This document shows, one piece after another, positions 1 through 9,843 of a DNA stretch of 64,000 bases (its first letter is position 1; each line of letters starts with the position of its first letter). The notes under the pieces are model-generated. The model did no database searches. It saw nothing but the letters and a program-made list of their open reading frames with translations, and was not told the origin of the DNA. The translations under genes were made by a program, and so were the position numbers. Source of the DNA: Chloroflexota bacterium (GTDB taxonomy: Bacteria; Chloroflexota; Limnocylindria; Limnocylindrales; CSP1-4); contig JBBIIL010000003.1 of NCBI GenBank assembly GCA_037446495.1, positions 10,757-74,756 on the forward strand, given 5' to 3'.

Positions 1-335
1 GCGACGCGCTGGCCGATGCCATGGAGCGGGCGACGCTGGTGGTCAACCCGATCGTCTACGGCGAGCTCAGCATCGGCTTTCGGACCATCCAGGCCCTCGA
101 CGAGGCGCTGCCCGCGGCCTTCTACCGCCGCGAGGCCATCCCGTACGCCGCGGCCTTCCTGGCCGCCAAGGCCATTCAGGCGTATCGCGAGCGCGGCGGC
201 ACCCGCACGCCACCGCTGGCCGACTTCTACATCGGCGCGCACGCGGCAGTCGCGGGCTACCAGCTCCTCACGCGCGACCTAGCGCGCTACCGCACCTCGT
301 TTCCGCGCCTCGCCATCATCGGACCCGGCACCTGA
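1..335 (+). CDS. PIN-domain (VapC-like) toxin, 5'-truncated by the window edge
   Basis: Translation ...VVNPIVYGELSIGF...ADFYIGAHAAVAGYQLLTRDLARYRTSF matches the C-terminal half of PIN/VapC nucleases. The ORF runs off the left edge of the window. Any antitoxin partner would lie upstream, outside the window. Confidence 0.55.
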   Translation, partial: DALADAMERATLVVNPIVYGELSIGFRTIQALDEALPAAFYRREAIPYAAAFLAAKAIQAYRERGGTRTPPLADFYIGAHAAVAGYQLLTRDLARYRTSFPRLAIIGPGT

Positions 336-408
336 GGCCTCCGCCACGGTCCTGCTCTACTGCCGATAAGGCAAGTTATGTCATGTGAAGCCGTTGTTCC
401 CGGACCCG

Positions 409-1060
409 TCAGCCCCCGCAAAGGTGGCCCTGATGGTCCGCCCTGCCGGTGCACAGGAGCGGCACCAGGACCTCCAGGGCATCCTCGAACCGGGCGTAGA
501 CAAGGTCGTCGGGGACGCCGAAGGCCTGGGACACCCAGCCTGCATCGCCCGCCTCCATTGCCGAGCACGAACCGGCCGCCGCTGATCTCGTCGATCGTCG
601 CGGCCTGCTTGGCGACGAGGCCGGGATCCCGGTACAGGCTCGCCAGGACCCACGACCCCACCGGCACCCGCGACGTCGAGGCGGCAACGCGCGCCAGCAG
701 CGCCACGGCATCCCAGAGGCCGAGCACCGGATCCTCCGGGGCGCGCCGTGCGAGGAGGCCGTCGGGGATCCATACGGTGTCGAACCCCGTTGCCTCGGCG
801 CAGACCGCCAGATCTCGGACCTCGCGCCAGAAGAGCGGGACTGGCTCGGCGTGCGAGCGCCACGAGTTGAGGGCGACCCCGATCTCAAAGCCGGCCACGT
901 CACTCCCACCCTGCTCCGTCGTGGCCGGAAGTACAGGGGGCAAGGCCGCCCGGACGCGGGGGGGAGCGCTCGGGCGGCCTCCCTCAGCATACGCGCCTCC
1001 TGCGCCGCGAGCAGCCAACGGACGTAGATCCAGAGGGATCGACTTCGTCTGGTCGGCCAC
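409..1060 (-). pseudogene. LLM-class (luciferase-like, F420/flavin-dependent) oxidoreductase, frameshifted and C-terminally truncated
   Basis: ORF 287..1060 (minus) carries the LLM N-terminal region (GFEIGVALNS...FDTVWIPDGLL...GRFVLGNGGG) and then degenerates into Arg/Pro junk. The LLM similarity resumes in the frame of ORF 409..990 (WVSQAFGVPDDLVYARFEDALEVLVPLL) and stops at 409. This implies a single frameshift near 541-545. The remaining approximately 150 aa of a normal LLM protein are missing. Confidence 0.45.
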
Positions 1061-1079
1061 AGTCGGCTAGGATGCGCCG

Positions 1080-2333
1080 ATGAACGACCCCGCTGACGAC
1101 ACGGAACCCCGATCGCCGGCCACGGCGCGGATCCCCGAGCGAGCCCGGGGATTCGCGACGCGGGCCATCCGCGCGGCCACCACCGCGCCTCGCGTCGGCC
1201 AGCACCCCAACGCGGTGCCGATCTACCAGACCGCCACGTTCTCGGCCGACAGTGCGCGGGAGTTCGCTGAGGTGGTCAACGGCGCGGGCCACGCGTACAG
1301 CAGGATCTCGAACCCCACGACGGACGCGCTCGCCGACGCGGTGGCGGTCCTCGAGGGTGCCGAGGCCGGCGTGGTCACCGCGTCGGGGATGGCCGCGATC
1401 CACGCAACCCTGCTCGCGCACGTCGCCGCAGGCGACCGGGTGGTGGCGACCAAGGCGATCTACGGCTCCACGCGCTCGCTGCTCGACCGACAGTTCGGCA
1501 AGCTGGGCGTCGCGGTCGAGTACGCGGACATCACGGACCTCGCCGCAGTCGAGGCAGATCTGGCAGCCTCGCCGACTCGCCTGCTGTACGTGGAGACGAT
1601 CTCCAATCCCTCGATGGTGGTCGCCGACCTGGCCGCGCTGGCGGCCGCCGCCCATCGCCACGGCGCCCTGCTCGTCGTGGACTCCACGTTCGCCTCCCCG
1701 TACCTCCTGCAGCCGCTGGCGCTGGGGGCGGACCTGGTGATCCACTCGGCGACCAAGTTCATCGCGGGCCACAGCGACGTGCTGGCGGGGGCGGTGGTCG
1801 GTCGCGAGGCGCTCCTGGCGCCCATCCGTGCCGTCACCGTGGACACGGGCGGAACCCTCGCGCCGCTCGCCGCGTTCCTGGTCCTGCGGGGCATCGCGAC
1901 GCTCGCAGTCCGCATGGAGCGCCACTCCGCCACAGCGCTCGGTCTCGCGCGCCGCCTGGAGGGCCGCCCGGGAGTCGCCCGCGTGGTGTACCCGTGGCTC
2001 GCGAGCCACCCCCAGGGGGACCTCGCCCGGCGCCAGTTCCGCACGGGCGGCGGGATCCTCGCCGTCGAACTGGAGGGCGGGCGCGCCGCGGGTGAAGCCT
2101 TCATCGACGCCCTCACGATCCCCGAGAAGACGGCGTCGCTGGGCAGCATCCACACGATCGTGGCGCACCCGCCGTCCAGCACCCACCGCCAGTTCGACGA
2201 CGTGGCCCTGGCAGAGGCCGGGATCCCGCCCGGCCTGCTCCGCGTGTCGGTGGGCCTCGAGGACCTCGACGACCTAGTCGCCGATTTCGACGCCGCGCTC
2301 GACGCCGCCAGGGCGACGGCTGCTGGCACCTGA
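1080..2333 (+). CDS. PLP-dependent Cys/Met-metabolism transsulfuration enzyme (cystathionine gamma-synthase / O-acylhomoserine sulfhydrylase / Met gamma-lyase family)
   Basis: 417 aa. Typical family sequence: PIYQTATF...NPTTDALADAVAVLEGAEAGVVTASGMAAI...LVVDSTFASPYLLQPLALGADLVIHSATKFIAGHSDVLAG, with the PLP-lysine motif SATKFIAGHSD. Confidence 0.85.
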   Translation: MNDPADDTEPRSPATARIPERARGFATRAIRAATTAPRVGQHPNAVPIYQTATFSADSAREFAEVVNGAGHAYSRISNPTTDALADAVAVLEGAEAGVVTASGMAAIHATLLAHVAAGDRVVATKAIYGSTRSLLDRQFGKLGVAVEYADITDLAAVEADLAASPTRLLYVETISNPSMVVADLAALAAAAHRHGALLVVDSTFASPYLLQPLALGADLVIHSATKFIAGHSDVLAGAVVGREALLAPIRAVTVDTGGTLAPLAAFLVLRGIATLAVRMERHSATALGLARRLEGRPGVARVVYPWLASHPQGDLARRQFRTGGGILAVELEGGRAAGEAFIDALTIPEKTASLGSIHTIVAHPPSSTHRQFDDVALAEAGIPPGLLRVSVGLEDLDDLVADFDAALDAARATAAGT

Positions 2334-2371
2334 CCGCCCGCGCGCGCTGGGACCGGAGTGATCGCCGGGCG

Positions 2372-2611
2372 TCAGGCGGGGATCTCGTCCTCAACCAGCG
2401 CCTCGAGGTCCGCGAACGTGCGGACGTCCGCGATCCCCGCGTCGAGCTCGATGCCGAAGTGCTCCTCGACCGCCATGAGCATCTCAGCGAGGTCGTCGCG
2501 GGAAAGGTTCAGATCCTGGTAGAAGTCGGTCTCGGCCTCGAGCTCCTCGAGGTCGATCTCGATCGACTCGGCGCACACGGCGCGGAGGCGAACCTGGTCG
2601 GCCGTGTTCAC
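2372..2611 (-). CDS. small acidic carrier-protein-like (ACP-like) protein
   Basis: 79-aa product from a GTG start preceded by GAGGAG: VNTADQVRL...DFYQDLNLSRDDLAEMLMAVEEHFGIELDAGIADVRTFADLEALVEDE. It resembles ACP helix II ([23 protein letters not shown]), but the Ser sits one position off the canonical DSL motif. Upstream, the N-terminal part of the maximal ORF is low complexity. Confidence 0.4.
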   Translation of the reverse strand: MNTADQVRLRAVCAESIEIDLEELEAETDFYQDLNLSRDDLAEMLMAVEEHFGIELDAGIADVRTFADLEALVEDEIPA

Positions 2612-2817
2612 AGCGCTCCTCACATTGGCTCCAGCCTGGACGCAACCCATCGTCGGGCATGCGGTGCCAGCGGCGCAATGGTCCGAGTGGCCCACTCCGA
2701 GCGCGGGCCCATGTCCAGGCCCGGGGGCCACCCGCCGCACGCCCGAACATGCCCGAGCATCTGGCTACGCCGCAGTCAGTTCTCGACGCTACAATCTCGC
2801 CCGTGCAGCGCATCCAT

Positions 2818-3255
2818 GTGCCCAAGAACAACCTGATGCTCATCGCGGGCTTGGTGTGGTGCGTCGCGGGCGCGATGGTCCTGCTTGTGGGCCTGCCGCT
2901 CCTGTTCAGGCTCGAGCCCGTGGACCCGATCCTCGTGCCCCTCGCGATGGTCATCTTCGGGGTGTTCTACGTGTTCGTGTTCTCGAGCCTCGTGAACAAG
3001 CACACGGACCGCATCCGGGCGCGCGACGAGGAGCGGCTCCCCTTCTGGAACTTCTTCAACGCCTCGTCCTGGATCGTGATGTTCGTGATGATGGGCGGAG
3101 GCATGGCGCTGCGGTTGTCCCATGCGGTTCCCGACTGGTTCATCGCGTTCTTCTACAGCGGGCTCGGCATCGCGCTGTTCCTGTGCGGGCTCCGCTTCCT
3201 GGGCGTGTTCCGGCGCAAGGCCGTCCTCGAGCCCATCCCGGTCGGCCAGGACTGA
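2818..3255 (+). CDS. hypothetical integral membrane protein (4 predicted TM helices)
   Basis: Hydrophobic segments LMLIAGLVWCVAGAMVLLVGLPLLF, ILVPLAMVIFGVFYVFVFSSLV, SSWIVMFVMMGGGMALRL and FIAFFYSGLGIALFLCGLRFLGVF. The start is uncertain (GTG 2818 or ATG 2836). Confidence 0.45.
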   Translation: MPKNNLMLIAGLVWCVAGAMVLLVGLPLLFRLEPVDPILVPLAMVIFGVFYVFVFSSLVNKHTDRIRARDEERLPFWNFFNASSWIVMFVMMGGGMALRLSHAVPDWFIAFFYSGLGIALFLCGLRFLGVFRRKAVLEPIPVGQD

Positions 3256-3479
3256 CCACCGCCAGACGGCCCCGCCTCGCCGGACAGGGCGCCCTCGCGC
3301 CTTCGACCGCGAGGTCACCATCGCCCGTGAGCACGACCCATGCGGCACCGTCCAGACCGTGATGTCCCGCGACTGGTGCCGGATGGATCCCCAACACCGG
3401 TCATCAGGCGACAGGCGTGCCGGCAGCAGACATGCAACCATCGCGCCGAAGGGGCGGCAGCAGGCGAGGCGGACGAAAC

Positions 3480-4709
3480 ATGACGACCGGGGCAGCGAAC
3501 CTCGACGTGACGGCTGGGCTCGGCGCCGCGGTCATCGCGCAGGTGGAATCACATGCGGCCCACAACTACCACCCGCTCCCCGTGGTCCTTGCCCGGGGCG
3601 AGGGGGCCTTTGTCTGGGATGCTGACGGGCGCCGTTACCTGGACATGCTGGCTGGCTACAGCGCCCTCAACTTCGGCCACCGCCACCCCCGCCTGGTTGC
3701 CGCGGTGGAAGCCCAGCTCGGCCGGCTGACGCTGACCAGCCGCGCCTTCCACAACGACCTCCTCGGGACGTTCGCCGAGGAGCTCACCGCGCTGTGCGGC
3801 ATGGACACGATGCTGCCGATGAACACCGGCGCCGAGGCCGTTGAGACCGCGCTCAAGATGGCACGCAAGTGGGGCTATGAGCGCAAGGGCGTGCCCGAGG
3901 GCCGCGCCAAGGTCATCGTGATGGGCGGCAACTTCCACGGCCGGACCACCACCATCATCGGGTTCTCCGACGACCCCTCGGCCCGCGATGGCTTCGGGCC
4001 ATTCACGCCCGGCTTCGTGCGCGTTCCGTTCGGCGATTCAGACGCGCTGGCGGAAGCCATTGATGACAACACTGTGGCCGTGCTCCTGGAGCCCATCCAG
4101 GGTGAGGGCGGCGTGGTCATCCCGCCGAGCGGCTACCTGAGCGCCGTCCGGGCGCTGTGCACCGAGCGCGGCGTGCTCATGCTGGCCGATGAGATCCAGT
4201 CGGGCCTCGGGAGGACGGGCCTCACGTTCGCCTGCGATCACGAGCACGTCATTCCCGACGCCTACATCCTGGGCAAGGCGCTCGGCGGCGGGATCCTGCC
4301 CGTGTCGGCGGTAGTGGCGCGCCGGGATGTCATGGACGTCTTCCGGCCGGGCGAGCACGGCAGCACGTTCGGCGGCAACCCGCTCGCCTGCGCCGTGGGC
4401 ATCGAGGTGGTCCGGATGCTCGAAACCGGCGAGTACCAGGCGCGTGCGCGCGAGCTCGGGGAGGTGCTCGCGTCGGGGCTGGCAGCGCTGCCCGTCGAGC
4501 GCGTGTCGGCGTTCCGCGTGCGCGGCCTGTGGGCCGGCATCGACATCGTTGGCCGCACCGGCCGTGACGTCTGCGAGGGCCTGATGCGTCGAGGCGTCCT
4601 GGCGAAGGACACCCATGGCGGCACCATCCGCCTCGCCCCGCCGCTCGTGATCGAGCGCGACGACCTCGACTGGGCGATCGAGCGGCTGCGTGAGGAGCTG
4701 GACGCCTAG
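3480..4709 (+). CDS. rocD: ornithine--oxo-acid aminotransferase (class III PLP aminotransferase)
   Basis: NYHPLPVVLARGEGAFVWDADGRRYLDMLAGYSALNFGHRHPRLV...LLEPIQGEGGVVIP...LMLADEIQSGLGRTGLTFACDHEHVIPDAYILGKALGGG is typical of RocD/OAT. Confidence 0.85.
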   Translation: MTTGAANLDVTAGLGAAVIAQVESHAAHNYHPLPVVLARGEGAFVWDADGRRYLDMLAGYSALNFGHRHPRLVAAVEAQLGRLTLTSRAFHNDLLGTFAEELTALCGMDTMLPMNTGAEAVETALKMARKWGYERKGVPEGRAKVIVMGGNFHGRTTTIIGFSDDPSARDGFGPFTPGFVRVPFGDSDALAEAIDDNTVAVLLEPIQGEGGVVIPPSGYLSAVRALCTERGVLMLADEIQSGLGRTGLTFACDHEHVIPDAYILGKALGGGILPVSAVVARRDVMDVFRPGEHGSTFGGNPLACAVGIEVVRMLETGEYQARARELGEVLASGLAALPVERVSAFRVRGLWAGIDIVGRTGRDVCEGLMRRGVLAKDTHGGTIRLAPPLVIERDDLDWAIERLREELDA

Positions 4710-4760
4710 GGCCGTCGACGCCGGCTCGACGGCGCGTCGCCGCGCCAACATGCCGCGGAC

Positions 4761-6755
4761 ATGGCCGTCCCGGGCCGGATGGGGCATCATTCGTCGCGTT
4801 CGCGCCTGAGCCCGCATCCCGGCTCGTCCCCTCGGACCACCGTGACGAGAACCCCCGACTCCAGCGCCCCGAGCGAGCCCGGCGAGCCAGGGCCGGCTGC
4901 CCCTGTCGTCGAGTCGGACACGGTGGCCGGGGACGGCCCGCTCCCCTCCCCCGCCCCTCCCCGACTGCGCCGCCGCCTCGGGCTCTTCGCCGTCGCCTTT
5001 GTCCTGGGGCTGGTCGCCGTCATCGCGGTGTCGGGCGCCGGCCTCGCCGCCTGGGACTCCAGCTACGGCGCGCGGGTGCTGCCGGGCGTCCACGTCGGGG
5101 GCATTGACCTCTCGGGTCTCGACCGCGCCAGTGCCGCTGCCGCGCTCCGGGCCGGCCTGCTGTACGACCAGGGCGAGTTGATCCTGCGGACGCCGGGCGG
5201 TGACGTCTCGATCCCCTACAGCGCCTTCAACCGCCGGGCCGACGTGGATGCGCTCGTTGATGCCGCGCTCGGCTCCGCCCGCACCGGCGACCTCGCGACC
5301 CGAGTCGTCAGCCAGCTCGGCCAGGCCGTCCACGGGGTGTCGCTGGCGGCGCCTGTCGTGTTCGACGGTCAGGCCCTCGCGGCAGCGGTCACCGCGGCCC
5401 TGGCGCCGCTGGATGCCGGCCCGGTTGACGCCACGATCGCCGTGACCCACACCGGCTACGCGGTGACGCCGGCGCGGGACGGCAGCTCAGTGGACGCCGC
5501 GCCCGTGATCGCCGCGGCCGTCGCAGCAGTCGAACAGGCCGGCGCCGCCGCCCAGATCGTGATCCCGGTGACGGCGTCGCCGGTCCCGGCGGTCGTATCC
5601 GACGAAGCGGTCCGGGCCGCGGCGTTCCGCGCCGGCCTGATCACGAGCAGCGCCATCACCATCACCTCCGGCAAGCGGTCCTGGACCATCACGGCCGCCA
5701 CGATCCGAACATGGGTGGGCTTCTCGGCGGCGCCCGACGGGTCGCTGCAGCCGACCATCGACCTGACCAAGATTCCGGCAGCGCTCAAGAGCGTGGCCAA
5801 GAAGCTCCTCACCCCCGCCACGTCGGCGGTCTTCCTGCACGCGAAGAGCGGGACGATCGTGGGCGTGGCAGCGTCGGCCGACGGGAAGCAGCTCGACCTC
5901 GCGGCCACCTCACGGCGCATCTCGGACGCCCTGCTGGCGCGCATCCCAGCCTTCGGGATCGCGGCCCCGGTGAAGGTGGCGATGGCGCCGGTCCCGCCCA
6001 AGCTCACCACGGCGCAGGCGAAGCAGAAGGCCCCCGTGTTGACGCTGCTGGGCACCTGGACCACCTACTTCCCGATCAGCGACCACAACTACTTCGGGGC
6101 CAACATCTGGATCCCCGCCCAGATCATCAACGGCACCGTCCTCGCGGCCGGCCAGACCCTCGACTGGTGGAATGCCGTTGGCGACGTGACGCCGGCCCGC
6201 GGCTTCGGGCCCGGCGGCGTGATCCAGGGCGACCACACCGACCCCACGGGCGCGCTCGGCGGCGGCATGTGCTCGAGCTCCACGACCCTGTTCAACGCCG
6301 CGCTCCGAGCCGGGCTCCAGATGGGCGCCCGCGGCAACCACCGCTACTACATCAATCGCTACCCGCTGGGCCTCGACGCGACGGTCTGGAAGGTGGGCAC
6401 GGCCGTCCAGGACATGTCGTTCACCAACGACACGGGCAACCCGATCCTGATCCTGGGCATCAAGTCCAGCTCGGGGAGCGCAGGCTACGTCACCTACCAG
6501 CTGTGGGGCACCCCGGACGGCCGGAGCGTATCGCTGTCCTCGCCCTCGGTGACCAATGTGGTCCAGGCCACCACGACGACCCAGCTCGTGGGAACCCTCC
6601 CGCACGGCGTCCGGAACCAGACCGAGTACCCGTCCAACGAGATGGACGTGGCGGTCACGCGACAGGTCAAGGACAAGGGCGGGCGCCTGATCCACTCCGA
6701 GGTGTGGAGCTCGCACTACGTGCTCTGGAACGGGATCATCCAGATCGGCCGGTAG
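4761..6755 (+). CDS. VanW-family protein with an N-terminal TM anchor and a peptidoglycan-binding-like region
   Basis: N-terminal TM segment LGLFAVAFVLGLVAVIAVSGAG. VanW core: GFGPGGVIQGDHTDPTGALGGGMCSSSTTLFNAALRAGLQMGARGNHRYYINRYPLGLDATV. Confidence 0.8.
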   Translation: MAVPGRMGHHSSRSRLSPHPGSSPRTTVTRTPDSSAPSEPGEPGPAAPVVESDTVAGDGPLPSPAPPRLRRRLGLFAVAFVLGLVAVIAVSGAGLAAWDSSYGARVLPGVHVGGIDLSGLDRASAAAALRAGLLYDQGELILRTPGGDVSIPYSAFNRRADVDALVDAALGSARTGDLATRVVSQLGQAVHGVSLAAPVVFDGQALAAAVTAALAPLDAGPVDATIAVTHTGYAVTPARDGSSVDAAPVIAAAVAAVEQAGAAAQIVIPVTASPVPAVVSDEAVRAAAFRAGLITSSAITITSGKRSWTITAATIRTWVGFSAAPDGSLQPTIDLTKIPAALKSVAKKLLTPATSAVFLHAKSGTIVGVAASADGKQLDLAATSRRISDALLARIPAFGIAAPVKVAMAPVPPKLTTAQAKQKAPVLTLLGTWTTYFPISDHNYFGANIWIPAQIINGTVLAAGQTLDWWNAVGDVTPARGFGPGGVIQGDHTDPTGALGGGMCSSSTTLFNAALRAGLQMGARGNHRYYINRYPLGLDATVWKVGTAVQDMSFTNDTGNPILILGIKSSSGSAGYVTYQLWGTPDGRSVSLSSPSVTNVVQATTTTQLVGTLPHGVRNQTEYPSNEMDVAVTRQVKDKGGRLIHSEVWSSHYVLWNGIIQIGR

Positions 6756-6891
6756 CGGTGAACCTGTCCGGGGTCAGCCCGGCTCGGGCGGACCCGTCGG
6801 GCGGCACCACGACCGGGTGCGCTGCCCCTGCGGCGACGGCAAGGCTGTCCAGCTGGCCGATGATGGTCGCCGTGCCCACGGACCGCCGCCG

Positions 6892-7959
6892 CTACGGCAG
6901 CGGGCGCCAGAGGCGGCCCAGGAGGAGCCCGAGAGCGGTGAGCAGGCCCGCGAACGCCGCGAAGCCCGCCCCCACCTCGATCGTCTCGTGCTTGACCACC
7001 AGCGACATCGGCAGGCTCGCGAAGACCTGCTCGAGGTCGCCCGCGCTCTCGGCGGGATAGTACTGGCCGCCCGTGAGCTGGGCGATCTGCTTGAGCGTCG
7101 CATCGTCGATGCCCCGGCGGAAGCCGCCCTGCCCGCCCCCGAAGTTGCCGCCACCGAAGCCGAAGCCCCCGCCAAGGTTGGGCTCGCGGCCGAGGAACTG
7201 CTGCGCGCACTTGGCGCTCAGTGCCCCGCCGCTCGCGGTGCCGAAGCCGATGGTGTAGACGCGGACGCCGCGGTCCGCCGCCTCCTGCGCCGCGTCGAGC
7301 GGGGCCGGGCCGGTGTTGCTCGCACCGTCGGTCAAGAGCACCACGATGTCCGGTGCGTAGGCTCCGGGCGCGACGGGAACGGGGCCCTGCCCGCCGATCG
7401 CGGTCGTGGGGGCGACCGCGGGGTCCACCGTGGAGATGGCGCCGAGCGCGGCGAGGATGCCGCTGCCGATGGCGGTCCGCCGTCCCGTCGTGAGCGAGTG
7501 CAGGGCGTCGAGCAGCTTCGCCTGGTCAGTCGTGGGCGCCGCGATGAGCTCGGCGAACGTGGAGAAGGCCACGATCCCGATCTGGGTGGTGGCGCTCTGG
7601 TGCGTGATGAAGTCGGACGCAGCCGCCTCGGCGGCCTGGATGCGGGTGGGCGTCACGTCGGTGGAGCACATCGAGCCCGAGACGTCGATCGCGAGCAGGA
7701 CCGTCGTCCGGTTGGTCGGGACGGCCGCCACCGTGACAGGCCTGGCGAGGGCCACGGCGAGGCTCGCCACGGCCGCGAGCACGAGGACGATCGGGATGTG
7801 CCGGCGCCGGGACGCCCGGGGCATCGCCTCCCGCACCAGCGACAGGCTCGAGTACCGGACCGCCGCCGGTCGCCTGCGGCGAAGGGCCAGCGCGTACAGT
7901 GCCGCGAGCAGCGGGACGAGCACGAGGAGCAGCAGGAAGCCGGGCCACAGGAACTGCAT
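6892..7959 (-). CDS. VWA domain-containing membrane protein (BatA-like)
   Basis: N-terminal TMs FLLLLVLVPLLAALYALAL and IPIVLVLAAVASLAV. VWA MIDAS motif: TVLLAIDVSGSMCSTDVTPTRI...VVLLTDGASNTG. C-terminal TM. The stop/start overlaps the next VWA gene at 7959. Confidence 0.8.
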   Translation of the reverse strand: MQFLWPGFLLLLVLVPLLAALYALALRRRRPAAVRYSSLSLVREAMPRASRRRHIPIVLVLAAVASLAVALARPVTVAAVPTNRTTVLLAIDVSGSMCSTDVTPTRIQAAEAAASDFITHQSATTQIGIVAFSTFAELIAAPTTDQAKLLDALHSLTTGRRTAIGSGILAALGAISTVDPAVAPTTAIGGQGPVPVAPGAYAPDIVVLLTDGASNTGPAPLDAAQEAADRGVRVYTIGFGTASGGALSAKCAQQFLGREPNLGGGFGFGGGNFGGGQGGFRRGIDDATLKQIAQLTGGQYYPAESAGDLEQVFASLPMSLVVKHETIEVGAGFAAFAGLLTALGLLLGRLWRPLP

Positions 7960-8969
7960 CAGGGGAGCCTCCCGAGGAATGCGAGGGAGGTCATGACGCT
8001 GAGCACGACGAACGCCAACGCGGCCCCGGCCACCAGCGCCGTCAGCTCGATCGTCTGGTTCTCCATGGTCACCTTGGGCGCGATGGCGCTGTACACGTCG
8101 GTCAGGGTGGCCTGCGCGTCGGGCGCGTAGTACGTGCCCGCGGTCAGGGTCGCGATCTGCTGGAGGAGCGCCCCGTCCAGCTGCGAGTGGACGTGGAACC
8201 CGTTGAGGTTAAGGTCCGCGCCGCCTGCGGTCCCGATGGCCACAGTGTCCACGCGGATGCCCAGGTCCGCCGCCTGCTGCGCCACCGCCAGCGGGTCCGG
8301 CTGCTCGTTGTTCTCGCCGTCGGTCAGCAGGACCACCGCCGCCGAGCCGTGGCTCCCCGGCGGCACCGGCGCGGGCGTCGCGGTGGGCCCGGGCGCCGGC
8401 GAGGCGCTGCTGTAATAGTCCACTGACGAGCCAGCCTGCGCGACGGCGATCAGGTGGAGTGCAGCCTGCAGCCCCTGCCCGAGCGCCGTCCCCTTCTGGG
8501 GCGCGAGCTGCTTGATCGCCTGGAGCACCTCCGCCTGGTCCGTGGTGGGCGTCTGCACGGCGATCCCCGAGTCGCTGAACGCCACGATCCCGATGGCGAT
8601 CCCTGGCGGCTGGTGGCCGACGAAGTCGGTTGCCATGGCCTTGGCCGCGTCCATGCGCGTTGGCGACCCGTCGGTGGCGGCCATGCTGCCCGAGACGTCG
8701 AAGGCGAGCACCACGACACCCTGTCCCACCGGCAGGCTGACGGTCCCCTGCGGTCGGGCGATGGCGACGACGATGGCGACCAACGCCAGCAGCAGCAACG
8801 CCGTGGGGACACCGGTGCGCAGCCGCGCCCAGCGGCCGTCCGACACGCGACGCGGCACAGCCAGTCCCCCCGCCCGACGCGCCCGGCGGCGGCCGATGGA
8901 ACGGTAGGCAATGGCGCCCAGGGGGATCAGCAGCAGCAGCAGGAGCGCCCACGGCCAGGCCAAGCTCAT
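7959..8969 (-). CDS. VWA domain-containing membrane protein (BatB-like)
   Basis: WALLLLLLIPLGAIAY...VVVLAFDVSGSMAATDGSPTRMDAAK...AVVLLTDGENNEQPD, with a C-terminal TM segment. It is a paralog of the downstream VWA gene. Confidence 0.8.
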   Translation of the reverse strand: MSLAWPWALLLLLLIPLGAIAYRSIGRRRARRAGGLAVPRRVSDGRWARLRTGVPTALLLLALVAIVVAIARPQGTVSLPVGQGVVVLAFDVSGSMAATDGSPTRMDAAKAMATDFVGHQPPGIAIGIVAFSDSGIAVQTPTTDQAEVLQAIKQLAPQKGTALGQGLQAALHLIAVAQAGSSVDYYSSASPAPGPTATPAPVPPGSHGSAAVVLLTDGENNEQPDPLAVAQQAADLGIRVDTVAIGTAGGADLNLNGFHVHSQLDGALLQQIATLTAGTYYAPDAQATLTDVYSAIAPKVTMENQTIELTALVAGAALAFVVLSVMTSLAFLGRLP

Positions 8970-8972
8970 CCG

Positions 8973-9803
8973 CTACCTCCGCTGCTTCCGGAGCTGGGCC
9001 ATGCGCACGATCGCATGCACGAGGTCGTCGTCGGTTGACAGCGGCAGCGCATCGACCCCGGCCCGCCGGAAGGCGGTTGCAATCCCCGCCTCGCGGCTGC
9101 GCGCGGCGGCCTCGAACCGCTCGCGGAAGGCCCGGTCGCCGGTGTCCACGTACAGCTGCTCGCCCGTCTCGGCGTCCTGGAGGACCAGCGGGCCAGCGTC
9201 GGGGAGCTCCGCCTCGCGCGGGTCGGAGAGGCGGACCGCGATCACCTCATGTCGGCGCGTGAGCAGGTTGAGCGGCTTTTCCCAGCCCGGCTCGCTGATG
9301 AAGTCGGACACCACGAAGACGAGCGAGCGCCGCTTGATGCCCGCCCCCGCCGCGGCCAGAACGGGCCCGAGGTCGGTCATCGGCGATCGTTCGGGCGTCT
9401 CCTGGTCGACCAGGTCGCGCACGAGGCGCAGCACCTGCCGGCGCCCGCCGCCCGCAGGGATCGTCCGGTCCTGGGCACCGCCGTAGAGCATCGCCCCCAC
9501 GCGGTTGCCACGCCGGGTCAGCAGCCGCGCCATCGTGGCCACGAAGTCGATCAGGACGGTGCGCTTGACCCGCTCCGACTCGACCGTGCCGAAGTCCACC
9601 GAGGGGCTGATGTCCAGCAGGAACCACGCCGTGAGGTCGCGGTCCTCGTGGTAGTCGCGGACCCACGCCTCGTCCATGCGCGCGGTCACGTTCCAGTCGA
9701 TGTACCGGACGTCGTCACCGGGCTGGTACGGGCGCAGGCCGGCCAGGTCCACCCCGTTGCCCACGAAGAGGCTTCGGTAGTCGCCCTGGAGCAGGCCGTC
9801 CAA
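8973..9803 (-). CDS. DUF58 domain protein (MoxR-associated)
   Basis: LLQGDYRSLFVGNGVDLAGLRPYQPGDDVRYIDWNVTAR is the DUF58 signature. It lies between the MoxR ATPase and the VWA genes. The maximal ORF uses a TTG start. Confidence 0.8.
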   Translation of the reverse strand: MDGLLQGDYRSLFVGNGVDLAGLRPYQPGDDVRYIDWNVTARMDEAWVRDYHEDRDLTAWFLLDISPSVDFGTVESERVKRTVLIDFVATMARLLTRRGNRVGAMLYGGAQDRTIPAGGGRRQVLRLVRDLVDQETPERSPMTDLGPVLAAAGAGIKRRSLVFVVSDFISEPGWEKPLNLLTRRHEVIAVRLSDPREAELPDAGPLVLQDAETGEQLYVDTGDRAFRERFEAAARSREAGIATAFRRAGVDALPLSTDDDLVHAIVRMAQLRKQRR

Positions 9804-9843
9804 CCGGCGGACGACCTTCCAGTCGAGGCGTTCGAGGATGCGC

